In this document: one piece after another, positions 35,620 through 48,878 of the stretch
Numbering within the stretch: the first letter of the stretch is position 1
Layout of the letters: the number at the start of each line of letters is the position of its first letter
Source: Cyanophora paradoxa CCMP329
Lineage: Eukaryota; Plantae; Glaucophyta
Direction of reading: 5' to 3'
Length of the DNA: 64,000 bases
NCBI GenBank assembly: GCA_004431415.1
Contig: QPMI01000035.1
Span: 62,001 to 126,000 of the forward strand
Program-made: the position numbers and the translations under genes
Notes under the pieces: generated by a model
The model's input: only the letters and a program-made list of their open reading frames with translations
The model's database searches: none
Told to the model about the DNA's origin: nothing

Positions 35620-38600
35620 TGCCCGCAGCCTGCATTGCGTGGGAAACGTGGCGAACACCGGCACGCCGGCCACGGCAACGGTCTCGCAGCCGCTCCAAGG
35701 CACCGCCGCGCTCCTCGAGTACTCGGGCGGCCTCGCCTATGACGAGGCGAGCATGCGCCCCCGCCTCGCGCGCCCGCCCGCGGCCGCTAGCTGCGGCTAA
35801 CTTCGGCGCCGATCCGGACGCGCCGCTCCGCAGTACAACCAGGCGCTCTGGTACGGCACGAGTGCGCGACCCGTCCCCCGCCCGCCGCCGCGTGTCCCGA
35901 GGGCAGCCCGGCCTGATCGCTTTGCTTGCTGCTGCCCCGTAGACTGGTACCTGTACAAGGTGCGACCGCCGCCGCCGCCGCCGCCTCCGCCGCCGCCGCC
36001 GATCAGAGTACCCCCGCGCAGATCGACCCGGCTACGTGCACCCTGGAGAAGAAGCTGGGGGGCGCGGGCGTCGGCAACATCGACGGGAACGCGACCAACG
36101 CGCGATTCGAGTGCGCCCCGCGGCCCGTCGTAGGCTCGAGCGGCCCCCCGCTCACCCCCCCCCCCCCCAAACGGCAGCTGGATCACTTCGTTCGCGGGTG
36201 GGCCGTTACCCCCCCCCGCCCTCTTCCCTCCCGCTCACGTGCACCCCGCCCCGCCCGCAGCCCTGCCGAACAGGAAGGTCATCGTCACCGACGTGCGCCC
36301 TACCCCCCTTCCTCTTCCCCCCCCAATCCTCTGACGTACCCCCTTTCCGCAGTACAACTGCCGACGTGCGCCACCGGGCGAACGCTCACCCGCCGCCCGC
36401 TCACTCGCCCGCCCCCCCTACCTTTCCCCCCCCCCCCCCCCAGTACGGCTTTACGACCCCGCGTCGAACACCGTCGCGCCTCTGTGGGGCCCGAGCGGCA
36501 ACCTGGGGGCCCTCACCATCGACTCGTGCAACACGTTCCTCGTCGCCGGCGCCAACACCGCGCGCCCCGCCCCCCCGCCCCCCCGCACCCCCGCCCCTCT
36601 GTACCCCTTATAATTACATCCCCCCGCAGGTCGGCTCGGCACCCGCCCTGACCTCGGGCCGCTTCCTCTTCGGGCGGGCTATGTACATAGCCTACGACTG
36701 GCGGGAGAACCGCGTCTTCCTGGCGGGGGTGAGCGCCACGGGCTACTCTGAGATATGGAGCCTCGACACCGCCGGTGCGCGCGGCCGCCCCGCCGTCCTT
36801 TCTAAGGAGCCGGAGATAGAGAGCCCCCGGAGATAGAGAGCCGAAGATAGGAGAGAGTGCGTGCGGATGCCGCGAACTTGAGAGGAACGAGAGCGAACTG
36901 AGACCTCCTGAAGAGCCGAAGATAGAGATCCCGGCGCCGCCGGTGCGGCCGCCCCGCCGAAGTTGAAGCGCGGCCCCTCTGCCCTCCCTCGCCCTCCGAG
37001 CTGGCTACAGGTTCTGCGCATCAGAAAGCTGTAGACTAGCCAGCTATGGTGAACCAGCGTAGTGCTCAGCGCCCCCTCCGCCTTCCCTCCGCCCCCTCGC
37101 TCCGTCCAACACGGGGCGCAGGTGGCGACCCCGTGGTCGTCAGCACCTACAACGTGGCGGGCGACAACCAGGGTTCTCATTACATTAAACTGTTAGAGGG
37201 CCCTAAATAAATTACAAAAAGCTCCTCGAGGGCCCTACCTACATTACACAAGCTGCTAGAGGGTTCTAATTTAGGTTACTGAGCCCTCAGTAGCGGAGCC
37301 CTCTTTCCCGGCCCGCCCGCCGAGCGCTCTCCAGCGCCCATCTCTCCCATCTTTGCCTTGATCCCCTTGCGCGGCGTACCCCCCCTCTTCCCCTTCCCCG
37401 CGATACCCGCATGCGCCACCGCCCTATGCAGCCAGCAGGGTAGAATCTCGATGCCGCCCTGGTTCTGACTGTGTCGTCGCGGCCGGCCGGCAGGGGGCTT
37501 TGCGCTGGATCCCCTCGAGCCTTTCCTCTACGCCGTGCGCCCGGAGGGCGGCTTCTCCACCTAAGAGGCACTAATATAAAATAGAAGACTCGATCCTTAT
37601 AGTCTCTATTATAGAGCCAAATATATATAGGGCCTTTCCTCGCGCTGGACCCCCTCGAGCCTTTCCTCTCGAGCGCCCGGAGGGCGGCTTCCTCACCCAT
37701 ATCTAAGAGAGACAAATATATAATAGAACCCTATCGAGCCTCTCCTACAAGAAGATCGCGCGTGCCCACGCGTGCGCAGGTCACGGCGGCAAACCGGAGG
37801 ATATCCAAGGCACGCTCCCATTCACCCTCCGTCCATCTCTCTATCTATCTATCCTCCTCACGTCTTCCCCCCCCCCCCTCCCCCCCTCTCAGATCTCGAC
37901 GCGGGCGCCCTACACGTCGACGCTCATCTCGGGGCCCCTGGCGGGGGTCTCCGGCTACAATATCGTCTTCCTGAGCCTGACCGCCCCGTGCGCCTTCTTC
38001 CGTTAGCTTCTACATGTTTCTAGATGTCTGTTAGGCTTTCGGTTCTTCCACGATCTTCTAGGAGGCCAGCTAGATTGCCGTCCTGGGCCTGTCCGCCCCC
38101 TGCGCCCTTCTATCTCGCACGGACCTGCCTCTGTATTTAGTGGAACTGGATCTAGTTCGCGCCGCCTCGCCACTCAGACCCACCCGGACCCGCCCCCTGC
38201 CCCGCCCTGCCCCGTTCCCCCTCCTTCCCCCCCCCTCCAACCCTCCCTCCCCCCCCCCCCCCCCCCCCCCCCCCCCGGCCGGGCGCCGGCCGACGGGGCG
38301 CCCCCGCGGCAGGCTCGTGGTGCCCTACGCGGCGATGGGCGCCTACGCCCCCATCGAGCTCGTGGACACGTGCGCCCTCTCTGATCTGATCTCAGCTGAG
38401 CTCAGCAGGCCTTAGCTGCCTTAGCTTAGCTCCTTTGAGCTGCGCCCGAGACTAGACTTGAGCTAATCTTCCTCTAGCTAAAGCTTCAGACTCTGAGTTT
38501 ATTCCCGACTTTCCGTAGCTGAGCTCAGCTTGGTTGGCTGCTCTAAGCGTACTTAGCCTGAAGCTTGAGCCGTCCTGGAACGCGAGCTATGAGCTAACCT

Positions 38601-39162
38601 GCGCCCGCCGGCGCGGCGCGGCGCGGCGCGGCACCACAGGAACGGCGCGTCGCTCGGGCTGATCAAGCCGGACGCGCCGCCCGACATCTGCCCCGGCGTC
38701 GCCACTGGATCCTGGGGCGACTGCTGGTGCGTGCGGAAGCGCGCGCGCGCGCGCCCCTCGCGCCTCGCCCCGCCGGCGCAGGCCGACGCCCCCGGCCCCC
38801 GGCCCCGCCCCCGCCCCCGCCCCCGCAGGAACAACGGCCTAGTGGCCACGACCCGGTCGGGTGCTCGGATTCTATCTGATCTAATCCGATCCGATCTGAT
38901 CTGATCTGAGCGCCCAGGGCTCATCTACTCGGTCTGGTCGCGGGCAAGCAACGGGCGCGCCCTCTACGTGTACCGCCCCGCCGTATCCAACCTTATCAAG
39001 GCGCGCTCACGTATCCCCGGCCCCTTGCGCCCGGGCCATCGTACCCCCTCTGACCCGGGCCTCTTGGCCCCTCCCCTCGCTCGGGCAGGTATCCGGCGGG
39101 TCGAACATCGTTATGGACGGCGGCAGCATCACAATGACCGCAAACTGACCGCAGTACAGTAG
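35620..39162 (+). CDS. NHL-repeat / beta-propeller protein, possibly secreted (many short exons)
   Basis: Exons IDPATCTLEKKLGGAGVGNIDGNATNARF (NHL-type G.G..DG....ARF), KVIVTD, VRLYDPASNTV, IAYDWRENRVFLAG. Boundaries are approximate. Confidence 0.55.
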
Positions 39163-39640
39163 AGGAGAGCTTTCTTTCAGGTATAGCTTGCAAAGCAGAC
39201 AGTTCTTTGAAGTTAAGGGGTACTCACTAAGCTATTTCATCGATGAAGCCTGAAGGGTTGATGGCTATGCTAGTTTTTTAGTAAGATGTTCGCATATTAG
39301 CCCCAGATCAAGGAATAGTATAGGGACTGTCTCTAGTTGAACGTGTACTAAGGGGTACTATAGCTACATGCTCATGATCAGTGTTTTCCTGAATGACTTG
39401 CGCCGCGGCGTTGTTCGTGCCCATATCTCGATCCTCTAGACCTGCAGCTGCAGCTCATTATCAGCGGCTGCATTTGTCACAGTGTCCTTGCCAAGTTGAC
39501 CATGTGCGTTGCAATTGTAAATTCGTTGACCGTGAACCTCGGCGTGCAGCCTGGCACATTCAAAAGCCTTGGGCGATTTTCTCACTGCACGTATGCCGCG
39601 CCCTTATTATAACCGCGGATCGCTATTTATCGCTGGCTAG

Positions 39641-42231
39641 CTAGCTGAGGCCGGGGCGGAGGATGAGGTGGAGGTCGTAGACGGGCCCGTCGCGCTGCCG
39701 CCGCGCCCGCGCCGACTTGGGCCCCGACCCCGAGACCGAGCCCGGGCCCGGGGCGCTCCGCGGGCGCCCGTCGGGCCCCTCGGGCCCGTGCGAGCGGCGG
39801 TGCGCCGAGGCCGCCAGCATCGACGCCTCGTCCTGCGACGTACCCAGGAACTTGAACAGCTGCGCCGAAAGTCAGGGCGGGGTACAGGGGGAGGGGGGAG
39901 GGACCGCGCCTCCTGCTCCGGTATGCTCGTGTTGAGTCGGGGACCTGCGGGGCGGGGGGTACCGATCGGTCTCGGCGGCGCCGCGGCCGGGGCGGCGGGG
40001 GGGCGAAGCCCGGCCAGGGTACCGCACCGCTCATGGCGAGGATCGCCTGCGACGAAGACGAGGATGGGGAAGGAAGGACAGGTCAGGCAAAGAGGGGGGG
40101 GGGAGAAGCCCGGCCGGGGTACCTCGACGACGCCGGCGAGACCCGCGGCGCTGCTCCCGTGCTTCGCCTGCGGCGGATGGCGCGTCGGGGATCCAGAGGG
40201 CGGGGCGGGGCGGGGCGGGGCGGGGCGGGGCGAGCCGCGCGATCCAAGACCCTATCCTAGTAGATGCGCGGGCTCAATCCTAGGCCGGCGATCGACCGCC
40301 GGGGCGCGGCGGTCTAGTATGTCCTAGGTCCGTGGGAGCGCAGGGCGCGTGCCCCTCTCTCATCTATCTCCCTATGCTGCCCCGGCCTCGCGCAAAGACG
40401 CCCCCGCCGGGCCGGCGGCGCCCCGACCCACTGTTATCCGCCCACCCGCGCCTCTACCCCCCCCCCCCCCCCCCCCCGCGGACCTCGGCGATCATGCGGA
40501 GGGCGACGCAGAACTCCTCGAAGCTGATCCGCTTCGCCGTCCGCCGCTTCGCCCCTGCGCCCCCGGCGGAGCGTGGGTGGGTGGGTGCGGGGGCGGCTCG
40601 GGAAGCGGGCCGGGGCGGGGCGGGCGGGGCGGGGCGTCCCAGGAGCCAGCGCCCCAAAGCAGGGGCGCGGGGGGCTCGATCTTATCGGAGCTTATTAACG
40701 ATCTACTATAATCTAGGGAAGGGGCGGGCGCACGCTGGAAGACCATGTCGACGTCGGCCTGGGAGAAGCGGCGGTCCACCAGCCCCGCGTCCTTGCACAT
40801 CTTGCTGAACTGCGGGGGGGGTTCGGCAGGAGGCGAGGAGCGGCGGCGGGCGGGGGTGCGGGAAGGGCGGCGGGAGGGGCGGCAGGAGGGGCGACGGATA
40901 GATTCTGAACCTATGACTCCGAGGAGGAGGATGCGGGCGGGGAGAAGCTGTCCAGCTATCCGGGAGAAAGCGGAGCGGGTGGGCGAGGGGAAGGGGGGGT
41001 ACGCACCATGAAGTCGCCGAGGGTGTCGGAGGGGAGGGAGGAGCCGCGGCCGAAGGCGCAGTACTCGAGGAAGACGCGCCGCACCGCCGCCACCTTCGCG
41101 TCCGCCCGCACTGCGCGGCGCTGAGGCGGGGCGGGGCGGGGCAGAGGCGGGAGCCGAGGATCTGATCTAGATGGCCCAGTGGTTAAGTTTGATCTAGCTA
41201 AGGCGAATCTTAGGCGATACGGCGGGGCGGGGCGGGGCAGAGCTGGGCAGAGATGGGCGGCGCTGCGAGCCGAGGATTCGATCTAGATAGTTTAATTTTG
41301 GTCTAGCTTCTGTGCTTGGATTGGGCGGGGCCCAGGCTGGGCTCAGGTCACGGCGCGGGGCGGGGCCTAGGCTAGGCTCAGGTCACAGATCTTGGAATAG
41401 CTTGCCCGCCAGCTTAAACTTGGGCTCTCAGGGGGGCGCGCACTGCGGGAGTCGGCGCCGGGGCTGCCGTGCAGGCGGCTCGCCTCGCTCGACTCGCCCG
41501 CCTCGGGTTCCGCCGCCGCCGCCGCCGCTGCTGCTGCCGGCGCGAGCGCCCGCGGCGTCCGCACGGCCGGCGCCCGCGGCGAGAGCGCGGCCGCCTGGGC
41601 GGCGCCGGCGCCGGCGCCTCTCGCTCCTCCCGCACCACGGCCAGGGGATCCCGCCACGGCTTCGGCAGCGCTGCGCCGCGCGCGCGTGAGAAGCGCCGCG
41701 CCGCGGCGGGCTCAGCGGGGCCCCGCCGCGTCCGCACCGCTGACGCCGCAGAGGAAGCGGAGGAAGGGCTGCGACGTGAGCTGATCCACGATCGTCTCCA
41801 GGTGCTCCTCCTGCTCGCCCTGCTCCCGGCACACTAGCTTGAGGAGATCCGCGCCCGTGAGGACCTGCGCGGCCGCCGTCGGCCGGCCGCGGCCGGCCGC
41901 GGGGGGCAGCCGAGCTTCGGGGAGCACCGGCTGCCGCGTGCCCTCCACCTCCACGAGCCGCGGCTCTCTTCGCAGCTGGCTCAACCAAGAAGAAAGACTT
42001 CGCTCCGCGTAAACAAGCTTGTGCACATCCGACGCGAGGAAGAGCGGGCCGTCGGGCGTGTCTATGAACTGCGCTCCCGTCAAGCGCAGGGAGGGCGGGC
42101 ACCTAGCGCGGCATAGCTCTGCACAAACTGAGCATGAGGCGCACGCTGACTGGGGATCTGTGAGAGTTGCGCAGTCCGGGCACGTAGAGCTGGCGTGGCT
42201 CGAACTGCTGGCTCAACGAGCTTGCATCCAT
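39641..42231 (-). CDS. TPPP/p25-alpha domain-containing protein (multi-exon)
   Basis: RRVFLEYCAFG...|QFSKMCKDAGLVDRRFSQADVDMVFQR|AKRRTAKRISFEEFCVALRMIAE is the p25alpha signature. Joining the upstream exons at 41400-42231 is inferred. Confidence 0.72.
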
Positions 42232-42512
42232 GTATAGCTTTCTGGCGCGCCGGTGACCGGCGCTGGACCGGCGGCTGTGAAGCTAACGGCGCACTGTCAC
42301 CGCGTGTACCCACCGCTAATTGTTTCCCCCCGACCCCCCGCGTTTTCTGCTGCCTTCGAATTCCGCCCCGGGCGCCCCTTTCGGTGCTTGCGATCGACCG
42401 GAAGGCATCTCGTGCAACGTGACACGCGGTGCGGGACGCCGGGAGAAGCGTGCGGCGGCGGAATCCTCCACTAACAACTCGCAGTTCCGGATCGGCTCCG
42501 ACAGCTTCAGCG

Positions 42513-43967
42513 ATGAGCAACGGTCTTGGACACGGCCCAATGTTCCGCGCCGACGTGCCCGGGCAGCTTCCCGCCGGCGCCGTCGTCGAGGAGCCGGGCT
42601 TTGCGGCCGGGGACGAGCCCGCAGAGCCGGCGGCCAGCCCCGGTGCGCATCTGCCGTGTTTCCACCGCCTCTCACTTCTCCGGCCCGCGCCTGATCCCGC
42701 CCGCCCGCGCGAAGGTCCGTTCGACCGGCTGTGGAACGCTGTGAGCAGCCCGAGCTTTGGGCGCGACGCGGGGCTCGTCCTGGCCGGCGCGGCCGCCGGT
42801 AGCCTCACGCTCGGCGCCTTCATGCTCATCCACTCGTTCTTCGGCGGCGGCAAGCGGAAGAAGCGGTCGCCGGACGAGATCATGTCCGAGATCCGGCGGC
42901 TCTCGTACGAGGTCTCCGACTCGATTGCGGTGCGCGCCGGCTACGTTCTTCTTTCGCGGTCGCGCCTCGAGTCGCCTCGCCGACTCGGCGCGCCGGCGCG
43001 CCGGCGCGCGCGCGCGCAGCGGCAGAAGGTGCGGCACTCGAAGGAGCTAGACGTGGCCAAGGCCGAGATCCAGAAGCTCTACGACGAGGCGGGGCTCCTG
43101 CGGGCGCAGCTCGCCCGCTACGAAGACGTCATCGCCGCCTTCCGCGGCAACGAGTGCGCCCTGCCGGCCCCGTCCGCGCCCCCGCGCGCCCCCGCGCGCG
43201 CTCTGACCGCGCCGCGCCGCAGCGCGCACCTTCGGGCGCTCTCCGCGTCGGCGCTGGAGGAACTCTTCAAGAAGCTGCAGCAGGCGGCGCAGCGCGTCAA
43301 CGCCGTCAACGCGCAGCAGCGCGACGCCTCCATCGCCTCCCTCGCGCCCGTCTCCGCCCCGCCCGCCGGCGCCGCCCCCGCGCAATCGCCGGCCGCCACC
43401 CCGCGGACCTCGGCCCCGCCCGCGGCTCCGGCCGCACCCGCGGCGGCGCCCCGCACCTCGGGGGCCGCTCCCGCCCTTCCCCGCAACTCCTCCGGCATCG
43501 ACGCGTGGGACTGCCAGGCGCGCCGGCGCCGTCGTACCCCCTCGGACGTGCTCCCCCGCCGGCCTGAACCCCCCCCTCCCGCCTCGCAGGGCTGCGGGCA
43601 GGGCCGCTCGAAGGTGAGGCCGCTTTACCCCTACCCCCGCCCTCTTCCGCGCCCCCCCCCCCCCCCCTCCCCCTTTCCTCCTGCCCCCTCCTCCCCCCCA
43701 CCCACCCCCTTTCTGACGCGGCGGCCGCGCGCGCGCAGGTGCACAGGCGCGAGCTAAGGCCGTGCGGGCACCACGCCTGCTCCTTCTGCAGCGAGAAGGT
43801 GCCCCTCCACTCTCATCAGAGAGCGAGCTCCAGCACAGAGTCCGCCGACGCCGGCGCCGCCGCAGGTCCTCAAGTCTGGCGTGTGCCACGTGTGCCGGGG
43901 GCCGGTGGAGGACTGCCAGCCCGTCTTCTCCTCCCTCGACATCCTGAATGGGCCCTCCTCGGGCTAG
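42513..43967 (+). CDS. Membrane-anchored coiled-coil RING-finger (C3HC4-like) protein
   Basis: TM GLVLAGAAAGSLTLGAFMLIHSFF, coiled coil ELDVAKAEIQKLYDE..., C-terminal WDCQ|GC...LRPCGHHACSFCSEK|VLKSGVCHVCRGPV. Stop at 43965-43967. Confidence 0.78.
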
Positions 43968-44020
43968 ATTGCGGGCTGCCGGGGGCCCGAGGTCGATGTG
44001 AAGTACGTGTGGTGTTGCGT

Positions 44021-44378
44021 TGCTCCGCATGTAAGCTCGCCTGTTTTTACTCGAGGCCGAAGAAAGAGGGGGGGGGGGATTATCGTTTTAATTATCTCCT
44101 CTCAGCTAGAGTTTAGCTCCTCAAACATTTCGAATTCCGCTTGCAAGCCTCCGCTCGATGTTATTGCATTGCTCCGCATGTACATGTAATTATATAAGCT
44201 CGCCTGTTTTTGCTCGAGGCTGAACTTTCGGAAGTAAGAGGGGGGGCGGGAGTGTGGGCATCGAGGGGGGGTTGGCCGAAGGGTACGTATACGGAGACGT
44301 CCCTGTTATTAGAGTATAATTAAAAAAGTATCGCGTTTTAATTATCTCCTCTCAGAGTCTAGCTCCTCAAACATTTCC
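44021..44378 (+). repeat. Local tandem duplication (two diverged copies)
   Basis: tgctccgcatgta..aagctcgcctgttttt.ctcgaggc...ttttaattatctcctctcag..tagctcctcaaacatttc occurs at 44021-44131 and 44170-44378. Confidence 0.75.
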
Positions 44379-44439
44379 GCTAGCTGCAGCCCATTTCGCT
44401 GCAGCCCTCCGCTGCGCCGGCCGCTGGGGCGATATATCG

Positions 44440-47400
44440 ATGCCAGCGCCTGAAGTCGACCTGGCGGCATCGCCAGTAGACGCGTCGCCGGCGCGCGGCA
44501 ATGCACTGGGCGCGTCTCCAAATTTTCCCGCCAGCGGCGGCGCGGTTCGGGCCCGAGCTCACGGAAGGCTCTGGCGTCAATGCAATGCGCAGAAAAGGCG
44601 CACAGGGACTTCGAGAAGAACTGCTTTTGGCTGCGGGATCGGCTTGCAATCGCGACTGTCGTCTTCCTCGGCTTCGTGCATGTCCGTGGCGTTTACGACG
44701 TGCTTCTTGCGCTTCTAGACTTTCCTTACATCGCCCAGATTGCTCTCCCGGGGACGGTCGCAGCCGGTGAGCGACGCGGCCCTTTGGATAGAATTATGCG
44801 GCTGCGCGCCTCATTGGTAACTTGCAACGAAAACGTTAACGACCTGTGCTTTTCCTCAGCGGTTTGCTTGGGCCTCGCAACCGTCTGCGTTTTCGTCCTC
44901 GCGTACTTGAGGATCAGCTTCTCTGCGTATGCAGCGCATGCCGGTGCATTGGATTCGAATTCGCGGCTAATGCAGACAATATTAATCGCGATCGAATTCG
45001 AATATTGATCCGAGGCCATGGCCGCACGCATGCGCATGCGCTCGCAATCGATCGCAGCCAAACTGCCACATGCAATCGTGGCGCTTGAGAACTCTCTTCG
45101 CGTGGCCAACGTCGAAGCCGAGCTTTTCATCATTCGGAAGTGCTATGGTGCGCGCTCATGATCATGATCATGATCAGCGCAGCGCGCAGCCCCCGCGCCG
45201 AATTAAATAGATCAAGTTCGAATTCGGATCAATCCACGCACAGACTGCTAATTTATAATCCGCGCACAGAATGCTACATCATGCGAGCGCAGACGGCCTA
45301 CTATCGGATCAGTGCGCGCTCAGCGCAACGCGCAGTCCTCAGGGCCTTATGATTAACGGTAACATTAAGACGGAGGATTCGCATCAGAGCACCTAATTAG
45401 AGTTAACTCCTATATATATCGCCAACGTAACACGTGCACCCGGCCCGTATTTAAGATGATATGATACATTCCGCTCTGATCCATCCACGCGAAGAATATT
45501 ACGTCCTTTGCACGCGCTCATTCTACGTATACAACCGCATCAGTACGTATACGCGCTTAAATTAGAGTGCAGACGTCGACTTGAATTTAATTCCGTTAGT
45601 GATTGAATCGATCCATGTGCACGCGCGCACCCGCCGCAGAACAAGACATATTCGCTTTCGTTGCCATGCTTGTGCTCCAGATTGCGTTCATGCTCCCGTT
45701 CAAGACCGGCTTCGAATTCCGCATCATTCCTGTGATCCCATTCATATTCGATATCGATATCCGAGAAATTATAAACCGCTTATCTCCGGACAGATTCGGG
45801 CCATCAACGCAGGCGCGGTTATGTTGGGGACTGTCTACATCTACTTTTGCCAGGAGCAGCATGCTGCGCAGGTCCGGATCCCGCACATGGCTCCGGATCC
45901 GGTCGATCGCGAAGCCTCGAACTCCGAAACTTAAACTGAAATATTAATGCAGTTCTTCGAATTTCTGGAATGGGGCTTCACGAACGCGCAGCTACCGCCA
46001 GGCAAGTCAGCCACTGGCCTGGTAAGTTATTCTTTATGCACGTGTATGCGTATTTAAATCAAATTTCACGTTTCTATATATATTAGCGCCTATTATACGT
46101 ACTTGATTTAGGAGCTGCGTATGCCGCAGTGCGCGTCGCGCTAAATGCGTTATCCTTGGTAATTATAATATATAAATTTAGGGGCTGCGCGTTGCGTATT
46201 CATTCTAATTATATATAGATATTATATTATTAATCACGATCTGACGTCAACCTGGACCAGATGCGCTCTATCCGCGAAGAGTCGCTAACGGAGGCGATTC
46301 GCTTTGCCAAGAAGCTCAATCAGAAGGAGAAACAGAAGGCGCTGGAGAAGGCGCAAGAGCGGCTGCGGGAAGAGCAGAAGCGGGAAAAGGAGGCGGAGGG
46401 ACGGAAGCAGAGGCAGAAGCAGAAGCAGCAAAGAAGGCCGAAGCTCGATCCAAACGGGGGAAAATCCGAATCTACGAATTCAAATTCGAATCCCGTAATG
46501 CGCGCCGGCGCCGGCCCCGGCGCCGCGCCAGCGGATCCGGCCGCGGAGCTTGAGGAAGGGGCCCCGCACCCGCAGCTGCAGCTCGAGGCGCAGAATTCGA
46601 AGGGGACGTCAACGGCCGCGGAAATCGATCTGGAGGAGCGGAAGCGGAGGGAGGGGGAGCGGGAGCGGGCGCGGCGGGAGGCTGAGATCGCTGCGGACCG
46701 CGTGCGTGAGCGCGCGAAATTAAATTTTCAAAGCGCTCGTCGAAGCGATGAGCCGTGTAAATTTCCGGTCGGCAGGAGAAGGCCGAGGAGCACGTGAAGA
46801 ATTCGCGGTGGGCCCGCGCCCGCAAAATTCTCGACGCCCTCCTGAAGGTCCGGTCCGGGTCCGGGGTCTTAAATTATATTTCCAATAGGTCCGGTTGTAA
46901 TTATGGTCCGGGCGTGCATGCGATTATTATCTCCATTCGGTTGAAGGCTCCGGGTTTGATTTGAAACTCCATGCTGCAGCTGTAAATTCGAATAGTTTTG
47001 TACATGTCTCGAAATATCCCCGCTGTCGCCACTGATTCTGAAACTCGCGTGCAATTTATTCGCAGCGGTCGCGCGACGACTTCGAGGCCCGCCTGCTCCG
47101 CATCCGTGCGCTCGCGCGCCGCGCCTCCGGCCCCAAATTTATTCTCTTGTAACCAGAGACGCTCGAAATTCGACGCTTCGAATTCATTAGATCTATTCCA
47201 CGTATTTTTATTATAACAGCTTACGTAACTAATTCTAACAACTAACGTATAATCGGAACTATATCGGAACGAATTCGAACGAAATTCGAGGCGTCAGAGT
47301 GCATGGTGGGGGCGGGCCAGCTGGAGGAGGCCGCCGAAGAGGCCGAGAAGGAGGAGCGCGGGCTCAAGCTCAAGGTTTCGGGTTCCAGCCCGGGCACGAG

Positions 47401-48878
47401 CTCGAGCTCCGCCGCCGCCGACGACGACGATGCCGCCGACGCCGGCGTCGACGCCGACGCCGTCCGCCGGTGCGCCGCGGCGTACATAGACTCTGGGCCG
47501 GTCTCTAGATCTTAATAGATCTTGGATCGGGGGGTGCAATATTAATTTATTGGACGCGATCGAAATCGGCGCCAAACATCGGACGCATGCAGGGTGCACG
47601 AGCTGCGGCGCCGCATCGCAGGCGAGTCTCGGAAGCGGGACAAGGCCAGGCGCCGAGAGGAGGAGGAGGCGCAGCGGCGGGCCGAGGAGCAGCGGCGCGA
47701 GGAGGAGCGGAGCGCGCGGGAGGAGCTGCAGCGGCGGGAGCGGGAGGAGCGGGGGGAGCGCGAGCGCAAGGAGGCGCGCCGGCGGGAGCGGGAGCGCAGG
47801 AAGGAGGCGAGGCGGGGCGAGGCGGACGATCGCGAGGCGGAGGCGAAAGCTAAGGCGGAGGCCGAGAGGCGGCGGCGGAAAGAGGATGATGATGAGGAGA
47901 AGCTGGAGTCCGAGCGCCGCCTGAATTCGAATTCGAAGGAGGAGCAGCATGTGCAGCTGCAGCGCTCGGGGGATCCAGAGCGGCATTGGCGGGCTTCGAA
48001 TTCGATTTCTGGTGGATCTGGATCCGCAACTGGAGGCGCCGCCGCGTGCTTCTTCTTCGCGAAGGGCACCTGCCGCGGCGGGGCGCAGTGCAGGCGGGTT
48101 CTTCGCTCTCTAGATATTATTTTTATTATAATTCCTGTTGACTTTAAAACGGCGTTCTGGCTCTTCCGAGCTCTTATATATTTTTATATCGTAGATTCAG
48201 GCACGACGTCGACGTCGATCCCGCGGCGGCCTCTGCAGCTCTTCCCGAGGATCCGGACGCTCGCGATCGCGATCAGCAGCTGGCCATGGAGCAGCGGCTC
48301 GAGCGGGCGCGGCTCGCCGAGCACGAGCGGCGGGGGCGGCTCTGGTGGGCGGCCCGGGACCGCGAGGAGGCGCGGCGGCGGGAGCGGGAGCGGGAGCAGG
48401 AGCGGCGCCGGCGGGAAGAGGAGGCGCGGCAGAGCGCGGGGGGCGCCCACGACGTCGACCGGCCCCAGCTGCAGCCGCCGGCGGCAGAGCTGCAGCTGCA
48501 GCCGTGCCGCTTCCACGCGAAGGAGGCGCGGCGGCGGGAGCGGGAGCGGGAGCGGGAGCAGCGCCGGCGGGAAGAGGAGGCGCGGCGGTGCGCGGGGGGC
48601 GCACGTGATGTGGACCGGCCCCAGCAGCCGGTGGCCGAGCTGCAGCTGCAGCCGTGCCGCTTCCACGCGAAGGGCTTCTGCCGCGACGGCGCCCGGTGCG
48701 GGTGGGCCTTGTTCGGATGATCATGATCATGGTCATTAATTACGCATTTAAATTTCTAGGCTTCGCGATCGAATTCGCGGCTGTTCACGCTGCGCGCTGC
48801 GCGCCGGGCAAGTACCGGCACGAGACGACGGCCGCGGGGGACGCGCCGGCGCCCGCGGAGTGCGCCATCAAAAAATGA
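44440..48878 (+). CDS. CCCH zinc-finger protein with hydrophobic N-terminal segments and charged coiled coils (multi-exon; 3' end abuts viral insertion)
   Basis: ACFFFAKGTCRGGAQCR|FRHD and QPCRFHAKGFCRDGARC are CCCH-type starts. E/R-rich coiled coils. Hydrophobic exons at 44600-45800 may belong to this gene (uncertain). Confidence 0.55.

Noticed and set aside
1-48800. Numerous long Arg/Gly/Pro-rich ORFs in the six-frame track
   Set aside because: These are artefacts of very high GC content and stop-poor antisense or intron read-through. Real genes are spliced from short exons.
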